The notes under the pieces were generated by a model that did no database searches, had not been told where the DNA came from, and saw only the letters and a list, made by a program, of their open reading frames with translations. The position numbers were made by a program, and so were the translations under genes. This document shows positions 18,685 through 27,979 of a stretch of DNA of 64,000 bases, piece by piece; the stretch's first letter is position 1, and the number at the start of each line of letters is the position of its first letter. This stretch comes from a virus: the UHGV virus genome UHGV-0277504. One strand, written 5' to 3'.

Positions 18685-19263
18685 ATGGCAAATTTATTAC
18701 CAAGTGTGTTTAATAAAGAAACAGGTAAATGGGAAACAATCATTGCTCGACCTGTAGCACAAGAAGTATTTAAAATTATGAAAGAAGATTATTTAAGAAG
18801 TAAAGGTGAAATTGGATATATTTTTGTTTCACATGATGAAGGAGATATGCCTGTAAACCTAGTATTATTCTATGATACTTCTAAAACAGGAACTGAAATA
18901 GTAGATAACCCTGAACGTGTTAAAGAAAATATTAAGTTTAATCTAGACCAATACCTATTAACTAAAAATAATAATGCTAAGCAATTCCGTATATCAGAAT
19001 TCAGACAAAGAATTGAAGATTTACATTTAGTTGATATTGATTCTGAATTCTATGTAGAAGTTATAGATACTGAAGGAGAGAAACACGTTATACCTTCAAC
19101 AAAAGCATTAACAAATAACTTTGAAATCACAAACGCTCTCTTAGAGGCAGGGAATGAAATTAAAGTTAAATATTTCTACAATGGTAATCCTATAGATGAC
19201 TTCATGTTAGATAAGAAAGTAACAGAAGAAAATAGAGATAGATACCCTAGTGAATCACAATAA
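18685..19263 (+). CDS. hypothetical protein
   Basis: ORF track; AAGGGGA SD. Confidence 0.55.
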   Translation: MANLLPSVFNKETGKWETIIARPVAQEVFKIMKEDYLRSKGEIGYIFVSHDEGDMPVNLVLFYDTSKTGTEIVDNPERVKENIKFNLDQYLLTKNNNAKQFRISEFRQRIEDLHLVDIDSEFYVEVIDTEGEKHVIPSTKALTNNFEITNALLEAGNEIKVKYFYNGNPIDDFMLDKKVTEENRDRYPSESQ

Positions 19264-19286
19264 TAAATTATTTTTTTAAAATAAAC

Positions 19287-19315
19287 TTGTAAAAATAACA
19301 AATGTATGTTATAAT
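19287..19315 (+). promoter_or_regulatory. promoter TTGTAA-17-TATAAT
   Basis: drives ORF-free structured region. Confidence 0.5.
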
Positions 19316-19321
19316 GTGATT

Positions 19322-19670
19322 ATCAGTATCCTAACACCTCTTAATAATGTGAAACACAGGGTGCAGTTTTTACTTAAAACCTTTTAAGGTTTGACTTACT
19401 AGAGAGTACAGTAAGTTGCTTGCATATTGGCTTTGTAAATATGTGTTGGTTCCGACATGAAACTTCTTCATTGTCCGTACTCTATTGACCTATCTACCAT
19501 GTTGTAGAAAAGGACTACATTAACGTTAATAGAAAATGACCTTAAACCTGCAATTACTTATCATAGGAAAACTATGATAAGTCCCTGCTATATAGGTATA
19601 CTTTAATCAATGTAACCTAGGGACATACGATTGAGTATACTATTATATAGTATACATTGCAGGTTTTTTA
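19322..19670 (+). ncRNA. candidate ~350-nt structured non-coding RNA
   Basis: no ORF, GC-richer, perfect hairpins TTATCATAG/CTATGATAA (19558-19580), GTATACTAT/ATAGTATAC, GTCCCT/AGGGAC, closing helix CCTGCAAT (19547-19554)/ATTGCAGG (19656-19663) + T6. Confidence 0.4.
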
Positions 19671-19719
19671 TATAATTAATGTTATATTATCTAGTGTAAG
19701 AAAAAATATACGATAAGGG

Positions 19720-20010
19720 ATGAATAACAACATGGCAAAAAAACTAATAGCTTACAACAAACAAGGTGAGAAATTAGCAACAGGAGAACCAGTAGAATCA
19801 GGTAAAGCAACAGTACAATTAACAGGATTAACACCAGAAACTACTTATGCTAAAGGTGATTACCAAGTAGCAATTGATGTAGATGGTCGTGAAGGTAACA
19901 AAGTAGACGTACCTGAGTTTACAACACAAGCTACACCAGTAGCGGAGCCTGAAAATGTAGAAGCTGGAGAAACAACAGATACTACAGCTGACATTTCAGC
20001 AGATGTATAA
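19720..20010 (+). CDS. small Ig-like/FN3-like domain protein (paralog of 18318..18665)
   Basis: see paralog. Confidence 0.5.
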   Translation: MNNNMAKKLIAYNKQGEKLATGEPVESGKATVQLTGLTPETTYAKGDYQVAIDVDGREGNKVDVPEFTTQATPVAEPENVEAGETTDTTADISADV

Positions 20011-20032
20011 CTTAGAAAAAGTCGTTTAATGA

Positions 20033-20068
20033 CAAGTAATTACTAGGACTGGGATTTATTCCTAGTCC
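20033..20068 (+). terminator. rho-independent terminator
   Basis: AGGACTGGG-atttatt-CCTAGTCCT + T7. Confidence 0.6.
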
Positions 20069-20109
20069 TTATTTTTTTAAAAAGTTGAATATAATGTAAG
20101 AAAAATTAA

Positions 20110-20137
20110 AGACTAGTTTGTAACTAGTCTTTTTTTA
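20110..20137 (+). terminator. rho-independent terminator
   Basis: AGACTAGTTTGTAACTAGTCT + T7. Confidence 0.65.
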
Positions 20138-20144
20138 TTTGTAG

Positions 20145-20173
20145 TTGACAGATAAAGTTATCTATGGTATACT
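20145..20173 (+). promoter_or_regulatory. sigma70-consensus promoter TTGACA-17-TATACT
   Basis: read directly. Confidence 0.6.
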
Positions 20174-20204
20174 CTATTTAGTAACTAATAAGAGAGGTGT
20201 AGTA

Positions 20205-20513
20205 ATGAGTAATTTAGGTTATAAACTTAACCAAGTAACAAAAGAGAAGATAAGCAATCAATGTTTATCAGAATACAAAGATAAAATTTTAAAATTTATA
20301 ACTAACAAATTATATGAAGAAGCAAATGAAGGGAAATATAGTACAAATATAAGCTTATATCATGTTTATTCACATTTTGATATTCATCCTTCTAGTCAAT
20401 TTACATTTGATATTTTAAATTATTTTAGACGTAATGGTGTTAATGTTATTATGAAGTGTACAGATTCTGAATACCCTTACCCTATATATTATGAATTTAG
20501 TTGGGAAAAGTAA
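20205..20513 (+). CDS. hypothetical protein
   Basis: AGAGAGGTG SD; ORF-track start 20145 lies in promoter. Confidence 0.5.
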   Translation: MSNLGYKLNQVTKEKISNQCLSEYKDKILKFITNKLYEEANEGKYSTNISLYHVYSHFDIHPSSQFTFDILNYFRRNGVNVIMKCTDSEYPYPIYYEFSWEK

Positions 20514-20552
20514 CTTTAAATTAGTAAAAAATAATAGAAAGTAGGTATAGTA

Positions 20553-21137
20553 ATGTATATTATTGTAGGACAAGATTTTGATGTATTTGATTACCAAGAG
20601 GTTTATACTGATTATAATGTATGTTTAGCAAACACAGAAAATGAAGCAAAAAAAATTGTAGATTATTTAAATAAAAATAATTATGAAGAAGGTTTATTTA
20701 AGTATATTAAAATATCTAGTTATTCTTTAGAGGAATTAAAAAATAAACATAGATATTACCATGTTTATGGTTATGTTACTTTAGAACGTCAAAACCATGT
20801 ATTTAAAGTTAAAGATAGTTCAATTAATAATTTAGACTATTACCCTTGCTTAGAGTATTTAAATGAAGATGAAATTCTAGAAAATAATGAATACTATATG
20901 TATGAGTCTGGTGATGATAGGGTGCCATATAAAATACATTGTTACAGTGTAAGTAAAAATAAAATTGATGTTAATATTGAACTACCTTTATCTCAAGATA
21001 AAGAAAAAACAAATAAACAATTTAAATTACTAGAAAATAAAATAAAATCAATTGTAGATAATATAGCTAAAGAAGATATACGTTCATCAAACAAATATAA
21101 ACAAGATATTGAAAATTTAAGTAAGGGAGAATTATAA
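20553..21137 (+). CDS. hypothetical protein
   Basis: ORF track. Confidence 0.55.
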   Translation: MYIIVGQDFDVFDYQEVYTDYNVCLANTENEAKKIVDYLNKNNYEEGLFKYIKISSYSLEELKNKHRYYHVYGYVTLERQNHVFKVKDSSINNLDYYPCLEYLNEDEILENNEYYMYESGDDRVPYKIHCYSVSKNKIDVNIELPLSQDKEKTNKQFKLLENKIKSIVDNIAKEDIRSSNKYKQDIENLSKGEL

Positions 21138-21139
21138 TT

Positions 21140-21394
21140 ATGCGTTTATATCAAGCAGAACACGATAATTGTGAGCAATATGAAGACAATTATTCTTATA
21201 GAGAAAATAAAGCTTATACAAATAAGGATAACTTAATTAAACGTATTAAAGAAGAAGGGTACGAAGAAAAAAGAAGCGGTTACCTTCAAGATGGGTACAT
21301 TTATTACCATAAAGATAATATAGAAGATGTACCTCTTTTTAAGGAAGATATGATTATAATCCATGAATTAGAAATTGTTAAAGAAAATACTTAA
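21140..21394 (+). CDS. hypothetical protein
   Basis: ORF track; GGGAGA SD. Confidence 0.5.
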   Translation: MRLYQAEHDNCEQYEDNYSYRENKAYTNKDNLIKRIKEEGYEEKRSGYLQDGYIYYHKDNIEDVPLFKEDMIIIHELEIVKENT

Positions 21395-21452
21395 CATAAA
21401 GATATTTTTTATAGTATAATAAAGGAAAAGATACTAGAAGGAGAGAATTATA

Positions 21453-21926
21453 ATGAGTAAATATGAAAAAGAAATAGAACAATTTTTAGAATCAGAAAGT
21501 GTAAAAATAGATTATGGTACTTTTGAATTAGAATTTGAAAAAGGTAAATCTCCATTTATTCATTTACTATATAAAGGATTACCAATTGATACACTAGAAA
21601 ATTATCTTATTATTACAGAAGAGTATTTACAACAACTATTTGAAAAATATGAATATTATCCTAAGGAATACTTTGAAGATAAGTTAACTAAAACAGATAA
21701 AAGAATTAAAAAAAGAAAAATAGGAAATGAAATACTAAATAAAACTAAAGACCTACATGAATTATCTTCAGAAATAGAAAAAATTATTAAGCTTTATGAA
21801 GAAGCATTTAATACAAAAGAAGAATATTTATTTAAAGAATATGAAATAGGTTTATATATTACACACTTAGATGAAGTTATCCAAAAGTTAAATAAGTATA
21901 CAGAATATAATAATAATGACTTTTAA
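21453..21926 (+). CDS. hypothetical protein
   Basis: ORF track; GGAGAG SD. Confidence 0.55.
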   Translation: MSKYEKEIEQFLESESVKIDYGTFELEFEKGKSPFIHLLYKGLPIDTLENYLIITEEYLQQLFEKYEYYPKEYFEDKLTKTDKRIKKRKIGNEILNKTKDLHELSSEIEKIIKLYEEAFNTKEEYLFKEYEIGLYITHLDEVIQKLNKYTEYNNNDF

Positions 21927-21945
21927 TACTTATATTTTATAAATA

Positions 21946-21976
21946 AAAGCAAGAGTTTTTATCTCTTGCTTTTTAA
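21946..21976. terminator. bidirectional rho-independent terminator at convergence of + and - blocks
   Basis: AAAAGCAAGAG-tttttat-CTCTTGCTTTTT, A-tract on one side and T-tract on the other. Confidence 0.7.
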
Positions 21977-23437
21977 ATTATCTATTTTATTTTTCAATAT
22001 ATCTATTTCTTTTTGATAATCTCTTATTTCAAATTCATAAGCTTCATATTCTATCTGATTTAATTTTTTTAATTTATTTACATATTCTCTTACAATTTTT
22101 TTATTTAATTTAGATTCTATAGATATTTCTTTTAAAGTTAAATTTTTTTCATATAATTTTTTAACTAATAAAATATTATCTATATCATAAAAAGAATTTT
22201 TAAAAACGTTAAACCAATTAACATTAGGATTATATAAAGAGGAATTCTTAATACTAGTTTTAATGTATTCAAAGTCAGAAAGCTCAGCATTTATTTCTAT
22301 ATAGTTAATACCATTATTAATAACCGCTTCTTTTTTCTCTTTATCTACTCTTTGTTGTTCTTCTAAAGTTAGTTTAAATCTAGCACCTTCTCTTAACTCT
22401 TTATAATGTTGAGCACCATGAACTTCTATCACACAATTTAAATTTGGTAAATAGAAATCATACCTTCTTCTTTTTAAGAAATCAAAAGTTTTTTCTTGTA
22501 TATAAAAAATACCTAATTCATCTAAGTAAGCTTTAACGACTTTTTCTGGATAACTTCTTTTTATATTAAATTTACTTTTGTTTTCTTTATTTTTACTTTT
22601 TAATTCCGCACAATAACCACAATTTTTTTGTACTCCATTTAAAAAATGGTCTACTCTAACCTTCTTAACTGTACCGCAAGTTAAACACTTAACTTTAAAC
22701 ATATTTCTTGTATTTATAGTACCATCCTTATTTATAAACTCTTCATTAAAATAATCAACTATCTCATAGTTATTATTTACTTCACCTATTAAATTTTTAT
22801 TAGCATCAGAATCTTTATTAGCTAAATAAGATATATTACAAGTAAAGAAATTATACTCATTATATAATCTATTTTTATTATCATGTTCTAATCTTATATA
22901 ACCAATTTCTTTACCTTTATTATTGTACTTAGTAAAATAGTCTAAGATAGTGACGTAACCCTTATAGTTATTAAATTCAAAGTAAACATCACAACCAATA
23001 CTATTTTTTAAATCTACTTTACCATTATTTTTTAGCGGTAAACTTTCATAATACATCTTTCTTTTAGTTGATTCTTTACTGTGTTTTAATTTATCACCTA
23101 CTATACTTTTAAGTGATACATTTAAAAAACTTTCTTTATTTATAACATAATAGTTATTATCATACTTTAATTTTAAACGAGCTTTTTTATTATCTTTAGT
23201 ACTAGGTAAATATTCTTCTATTACTATATAACCTTTAACACTTATATACTCAAAAGGAACTTCTGTATTATTACATTTTTTAAAATCATATACTTCTTTT
23301 CCTGATGGCTGTGTTTTAGTAGGTACATTAGTTAAGTCTATGTAACAAGGTTTATTATTTTTATATACTTTAATTATTTTATCCATTAAATATTTCTCCT
23401 TACTATTTTTTATCCTAGGTACACTATAATATAACAA
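21959..23437 (-). CDS. large DNA-binding protein with DUF559/Vsr-like PD-(D/E)xK-type motif and zinc-ribbon; possible homing-endonuclease-like
   Basis: N-terminal tandem GY.I....Y repeats; CLTCG...CGYC; FDFLKRRRYDFYLPNLNCVIEVHGAQHY resembles DUF559/Vsr-like core; AAGGAGA SD. Confidence 0.45.
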   Translation of the reverse strand: MLYYSVPRIKNSKEKYLMDKIIKVYKNNKPCYIDLTNVPTKTQPSGKEVYDFKKCNNTEVPFEYISVKGYIVIEEYLPSTKDNKKARLKLKYDNNYYVINKESFLNVSLKSIVGDKLKHSKESTKRKMYYESLPLKNNGKVDLKNSIGCDVYFEFNNYKGYVTILDYFTKYNNKGKEIGYIRLEHDNKNRLYNEYNFFTCNISYLANKDSDANKNLIGEVNNNYEIVDYFNEEFINKDGTINTRNMFKVKCLTCGTVKKVRVDHFLNGVQKNCGYCAELKSKNKENKSKFNIKRSYPEKVVKAYLDELGIFYIQEKTFDFLKRRRYDFYLPNLNCVIEVHGAQHYKELREGARFKLTLEEQQRVDKEKKEAVINNGINYIEINAELSDFEYIKTSIKNSSLYNPNVNWFNVFKNSFYDIDNILLVKKLYEKNLTLKEISIESKLNKKIVREYVNKLKKLNQIEYEAYEFEIRDYQKEIDILKNKIDNLKSKR

Positions 23438-23702
23438 AAATTAACGGGGCGGGGTATGAGTACATAAGAAAGTTATTTATTATTATTTTGTTGACTTTTG
23501 TAGATTATAGTTTATTTTTAAGGTGGTTTATAGGGAACCTGAGGTAGGTATACTAGGGTATTATTACACCCCCTGTTTATGGCAATTTATAACGGGGCGT
23601 ATATATAAAAAAATTATACAATATAATAATAACATTATATCATTGTTTATTTATTTCTTTTTATTTATTTTCTTAATTTTTTTATTTATTTTTTTATATT
23701 TT

Positions 23703-23742
23703 TAAAAACAAAAAAATACAAAGGGAATTATTCCACTTTGTA
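23703..23742 (-). terminator. rho-independent terminator (minus strand)
   Basis: TACAAAG...CTTTGTA hairpin followed on minus strand by T-tract. Confidence 0.55.
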
Positions 23743-24006
23743 CTCTCTTACTAATATCTCTAGTTCTTCATCTTCTATTGTTTCTAAGTCTTCTAGTTGT
23801 TCATCTATTGAAGCATTTTCAATGCTTAACGCTTCTGTTAGCTCTTCATATGTTAAGCTCTCATTGATAGCTTCTAATCGTTCTGTAGCAAGTTCTTTTA
23901 GTTCTTCTAATAGTTCTTGTTGTCTTCTTTCTTCCTCTCTGTCCTGTTCCTCCTGTTCTCTCTCAGATTGTAAATATTCGATTTCGTATTGGTTTAATGT
24001 TTTCAT
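23728..24006 (-). CDS. extremely acidic coiled-coil small protein
   Basis: EREQEEQDREEERRQQELLEELKELATERLEAINE... Confidence 0.5.
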   Translation of the reverse strand: MKTLNQYEIEYLQSEREQEEQDREEERRQQELLEELKELATERLEAINESLTYEELTEALSIENASIDEQLEDLETIEDEELEILVREYKVE

Positions 24007-24273
24007 AATTAAGCAACTCCTTTGATTTGTTAATTATATTATAGCATTATAACATAGAAACTGTCAACAGGTTTTTTAATCTTTTTTAATAACATATTTA
24101 ACAATGTTATCATCGAGTTTGTTCTCAATATCTACCATTGAACAGTTAGGAGTTACCTCTTCACGTGTGACTCTCACAGCCTCGACAAGAGCTTTTTTTG
24201 TTTCCTCGTTCATTTATATGTTTTCCTTCCTTCTTTCTTTAATATGAAGCTATAAGGTGCCTTATAACTAATA

Positions 24274-24621
24274 CTAGAATTCTTCTACCTCTTCAACCAT
24301 TTCAAAATATTGTTCTTGCTCTGCTGTTGGTTCTTGTCCTTGTTTTACTAAAATCCAACCACTCTCTGGCACATGTTGAATCATTCCTGTTCTTTCATGT
24401 GCTTGTTTCCAAAAGTCTTCTGTGTATCTGTCTATATCGTCAAACAATACCTCAATTATACGATGGTCTTCTGTACGACAACCGTCATAAAACATGCCAC
24501 TGATTAAAGTACCATCATCTAAGATGTAAATTGCTTCATCTAAATTCTCTGTAGTTTCTACGCCTTCCGCTTCAAATAGTTCAATAATTTCTTCATTTGT
24601 TAATGTTCTCATTACTAACAA
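24274..24621 (-). CDS. acidic small protein (DNA-mimic-like composition)
   Basis: ORF track; own TTGACA promoter at ~24665 on minus strand. Confidence 0.5.
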   Translation of the reverse strand: MLVMRTLTNEEIIELFEAEGVETTENLDEAIYILDDGTLISGMFYDGCRTEDHRIIEVLFDDIDRYTEDFWKQAHERTGMIQHVPESGWILVKQGQEPTAEQEQYFEMVEEVEEF

Positions 24622-24701
24622 CTCCCTTTTCTTTATATATCTATAATAACATGATATATAAATGTTGTCAACACTTTTTTATTTAAAATATGAAACGGAA
24701 A

Positions 24702-24986
24702 TTATTCCGCTTCTTCTTGCATAGCAATAAAATCATTATATTTTTCTTCATTATCTGTATAAGTAATTATCAAATCTGAAGACCATTCATTTAAATAAAC
24801 CTCTTCAATAATTGCATATTTACGAACGATACGACCAAATTTTATTTTTTCTTGGCTATTGTCTATTGTGAATTCATCCGCAAGTGAGCCGATGAATCTA
24901 TTAACCTCTAACCCCCAATCTGAACATTGTTCAACTAAATTTTCCGCAATTTCTAGTGTAATTTGTTTCTTAATATCTTTTTTCAT
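24702..24986 (-). CDS. hypothetical acidic protein
   Basis: ORF track; promoter tgtcaa ~25044. Confidence 0.5.
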   Translation of the reverse strand: MKKDIKKQITLEIAENLVEQCSDWGLEVNRFIGSLADEFTIDNSQEKIKFGRIVRKYAIIEEVYLNEWSSDLIITYTDNEEKYNDFIAMQEEAE

Positions 24987-25057
24987 TTGTAATAATTCCT
25001 TTCTTAACTTTCTATAATTATAATATCATGTTATAGTTACGTTGTCAATAGTTTTTT

Positions 25058-25321
25058 TTAAATTTCTAAATATCTTTTTTTGTCTGTATCTGGGTTGTGA
25101 ATTTCAATTTTTAAAGTTGTATCATTATTAAATACTGAGCAAATTGTTTCATTATCTAAATTCATTAATTTGTTGTTAATTACATAATCAAAAATTTCAT
25201 CCATTAGTTTATCTTCTTTTTCAGTGTTTGGCTTATCTTCATATAAATCCTTACCATCGTTAAAGTTTTCAATATCCATAAAGTTATAGTTTGATAAAAA
25301 TTTATTTTTGAAATTTGTCAT
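25058..25321 (-). CDS. hypothetical protein
   Basis: ATG at 25321 with GAGAGGAA SD; track TTG start 25387 is the -35 box itself. Confidence 0.5.
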   Translation of the reverse strand: MTNFKNKFLSNYNFMDIENFNDGKDLYEDKPNTEKEDKLMDEIFDYVINNKLMNLDNETICSVFNNDTTLKIEIHNPDTDKKRYLEI

Positions 25322-25352
25322 AGTAATCAATTCCTCTCTTGTTTTAATTTCT

Positions 25353-25387
25353 ATATTTATATTAACATGTATTATGTAAGGTGTCAA
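25353..25387 (-). promoter_or_regulatory. sigma70-consensus promoter TTGACA-17-TAATAT (minus strand)
   Basis: rc of 25353-25387. Confidence 0.65.
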
Positions 25388-25407
25388 TACCTTTTTTTAT
25401 TTTTTTC

Positions 25408-25445
25408 TGTAAGGTGTGGGAGTTTTCCGCTCCCTTAACCTTACA
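25408..25445 (-). other. conserved 5-prime leader hairpin TGTAAGGTTAAGG...CCTTACA (family member)
   Basis: copies at 25931-25955, 26846-26882, 27038-27066, 27831-27843. Confidence 0.55.
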
Positions 25446-25450
25446 TCTTT

Positions 25451-25479
25451 ATATTATCATAGTTTCAAATTATTGTCAA
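25451..25479 (-). promoter_or_regulatory. second tandem promoter TTGACA-17-TAATAT producing conserved leader hairpin
   Basis: rc; followed by hairpin 25408-25445. Confidence 0.6.
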
Positions 25480-25495
25480 TAGTTTTTTTTAAAAT

Positions 25496-25834
25496 TTATT
25501 CTACAAATTCTATAGGCTCAATTTCCCCGTCTTCTAGTAGTTCATTGTAGCGTTCTACAATTTCATTGTAATTGTCTTTCAATAGTTCTTTATAGTCTAG
25601 GTTGTCTAAGCTGTCTAAGTTACCGTAAACGTTAATCGTGAAATAATCATCATTCCAATCAAACTCTCCAAAGTGTGCCATTCTTAAAATTTCTGTAACT
25701 GATATGCCTACTAAAATCTCGTCTAGTTCATCCATTGGATTATAGTCAAATTCTTCTAAACTGTCATCCCATGCGTTAACCTCTCTTACGATTTCTTTTA
25801 ATTGTTCTACTGTGTATTTTTTCATTCTAATCAA
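25496..25834 (-). CDS. hypothetical acidic protein
   Basis: ORF track; promoter at ~25872-25900 (minus). Confidence 0.55.
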   Translation of the reverse strand: MIRMKKYTVEQLKEIVREVNAWDDSLEEFDYNPMDELDEILVGISVTEILRMAHFGEFDWNDDYFTINVYGNLDSLDNLDYKELLKDNYNEIVERYNELLEDGEIEPIEFVE

Positions 25835-25960
25835 TTCCTTTTCTTTGTTTTGTTTTTCTTTCTATAATTATAATACCATGTGCTTTAGTTTCTGTCAATA
25901 CTTTTTTTAAAGTTTTTTTTTATTTTTTTCTGTAAGGTGTTTCCTTAACCTTACAACTAT

Positions 25961-25989
25961 ATAATATCAAATAGTGAAGAGATTGTCAA
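25961..25989 (-). promoter_or_regulatory. promoter TTGACA-17-TATTAT (minus) with leader hairpin 25931-25955
   Basis: rc. Confidence 0.6.
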
Positions 25990-25991
25990 CA

Positions 25992-26138
25992 CTATTTGAT
26001 AAAAATATTTATACTATCTTGAATACTAATCAAGTAATCAAGAACAGTAATAACTGTTGTACCACCTACTAAGGTAGCCAAAGCGTCAGTTAATTCTGTG
26101 CTTTTATATGATTTGTTTTTATATTTAAATTTAATCAT
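25992..26138 (-). CDS. small 48-aa protein
   Basis: AAAAAGGAGC SD; below track threshold. Confidence 0.35.
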   Translation of the reverse strand: MIKFKYKNKSYKSTELTDALATLVGGTTVITVLDYLISIQDSINIFIK

Positions 26139-26141
26139 TTT

Positions 26142-26390
26142 TTAAGCTCCTTTTTTTATATATTTTGTTTTATTATCATTAAGAATAAGTTTAACACATT
26201 TAGGAGTAGTTGAGATTTCTTTTGCTCCTGTGCCATATAGATTTAAACATGATAAATTTATTTTATAGAACAAGTCATCACATTCTTCAATGTTAGACCA
26301 TTGAGAAACATCAGGTGTTATAGTTCCCTGCTCTTTAATTCTTTCGTATGTGTCGGCTATATAGTTTTTATATTCTTTCATTTGTAACAA
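26142..26390 (-). CDS. hypothetical protein
   Basis: ORF track. Confidence 0.5.
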   Translation of the reverse strand: MLQMKEYKNYIADTYERIKEQGTITPDVSQWSNIEECDDLFYKINLSCLNLYGTGAKEISTTPKCVKLILNDNKTKYIKKGA

Positions 26391-26460
26391 TTCCTTTCTT
26401 TATTTGTTAAGTTAATAATAACATGTGTAGGGGTTGATTGTCAACCCCTTTATTTAATTT

Positions 26461-26601
26461 TTATTTTTGTAACTCTTCTAGTTCTTTTTTAGCTTTCTTA
26501 ATCTCTCTTCTTGCTTCCGCTTCTTCTTTCTTAGTAAGGTCTTGGAATTCCAATTCCATTTCTAAGTTCTCGATAATGCTTTCTAGTTCTAATTCTCTCA
26601 T
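26461..26601 (-). CDS. small 46-aa acidic coiled-coil protein
   Basis: ATG 26601; below track threshold. Confidence 0.3.
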   Translation of the reverse strand: MRELELESIIENLEMELEFQDLTKKEEAEARREIKKAKKELEELQK

Positions 26602-26666
26602 TTGTAACAATTCCTTTCCTTATTTGTTAACTCTATAATAACATGTTGTGTTTAAGTTGTCAATAG

Positions 26667-26798
26667 TTATTTTGAATATTTTACAATTTTATTTGCTTTC
26701 AAAAATGTAACATCTTGACGGTAGCTTTTTAATTCTTCTGCAAAATTTTCATTATTTTTCATACCGATTAATTTTAAAGTTGTTGTAATTTTTTTCAT
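26667..26798 (-). CDS. small 43-aa protein
   Basis: GAAGGGAA SD. Confidence 0.3.
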   Translation of the reverse strand: MKKITTTLKLIGMKNNENFAEELKSYRQDVTFLKANKIVKYSK

Positions 26799-27411
26799 TT
26801 AAATCAATTCCCTTCAAATTCTATAATTTTTTTATTTAATTTCTTTAGGTTAGAAGCGGTTGACCGCTTCCTTAACCTTACAATTATATAATATCATAGT
26901 TTCAAGTGACTGTCAACACTTTTTAAAAAATTAATTCTTTTTCTTTTTTACTATCCATATACATTTTTATTTCACAACATAACCAAAGTGTTATCATTTG
27001 TAACAACCCCTAATTAATAATTTTTTTATATAATTCTTGTAAGGTTTGTTATTGCTTTCCCTTACAACTATTATATTACTACACATTAAAAACAATTGCA
27101 ACCCCTAAATGCAAATTTTTTTAAGAAAAAAAAATAAAAAAAATTTGTAAAACCCCTTTACAAATACCGTAGAATTTGTTATTCTATATATATAGAAAGA
27201 AAGCGGTGACCTGCATCCATGTCCGCTATATAAATGAAGTTGTAGGGGGAAAGACTAGCCCTAAACCTTTTAATATAAAAAAGTTATTTAATTTTATTTT
27301 TATATTAAAAAAAGATTCCCACTCTATTATAGCATTTTTAATATAATATTGTCAAGTACCAATTTTACACCCTTTTATTTATTATATAATTTTTTTATAT
27401 AAATATAAAAC

Positions 27412-27441
27412 AAATAAAAAACCTAGGAATTTAATCCTAGG
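27412..27441 (-). terminator. rho-independent terminator (CCTAGGAATTTAATCCTAGG family, minus)
   Basis: hairpin then T-tract on minus strand. Confidence 0.6.
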
Positions 27442-27487
27442 TAAATTATTATTTAATATAATTTTTTTATTTAATTCAGAAGCGGTT

Positions 27488-27769
27488 TTATTTAACCGCT
27501 TCTTTTTCTTTAACTGTTTCTAGTGCCCATTTGATAGTTTCTTCAATGTTGTAGCTTTGGAATACTACACCGCCACCGAACCATTTAGCAGTGTACTTTT
27601 TAAAACCATATAGCTTATTAATCTCATCATAATCCCAAAGGCTAATACCTAGGTCGCTAAAGTGTACTACATATCTAGGGTTTCCGTTATTATCATTTTC
27701 AATTCTGAAAGCTGTAATCTCGTTTCCATTTACTGTCACTGTTTCTTCATATTTAAAATTCTTTTTCAT
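27488..27769 (-). CDS. hypothetical protein
   Basis: ORF track. Confidence 0.5.
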   Translation of the reverse strand: MKKNFKYEETVTVNGNEITAFRIENDNNGNPRYVVHFSDLGISLWDYDEINKLYGFKKYTAKWFGGGVVFQSYNIEETIKWALETVKEKEAVK

Positions 27770-27979
27770 TTAAATCAAATCCTTTTCTATATATTTTTTA
27801 TTAAATTTCCTTATTTGCTTTAAGTTATTTCCTTAACCTTACATCTTTATATTAACATGTTTCTTATAAGCTGTCAACACCTTTTTAAAACTTTTTTTTT
27901 AATTTTTTTCTTGCTGTTGTTTCCTTTCCCTTACAAGTATTATTATAGCAAAAAGGGGCTATGATTACAACCCCTATTT

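Noticed and set aside
23523-24025. + strand ORFs 23523..23705 and 23738..24025
   Set aside because: Low-complexity products (poly-F/I and poly-S) that are antisense to a well-supported acidic gene and lie in a promoter region. They are spurious.
25322-25387. ORF-track N-terminal extension of gene 25058.. starting at TTG 25387
   Set aside because: That TTG ACA is the -35 box of the promoter itself. The real start is ATG 25321, which has an SD.
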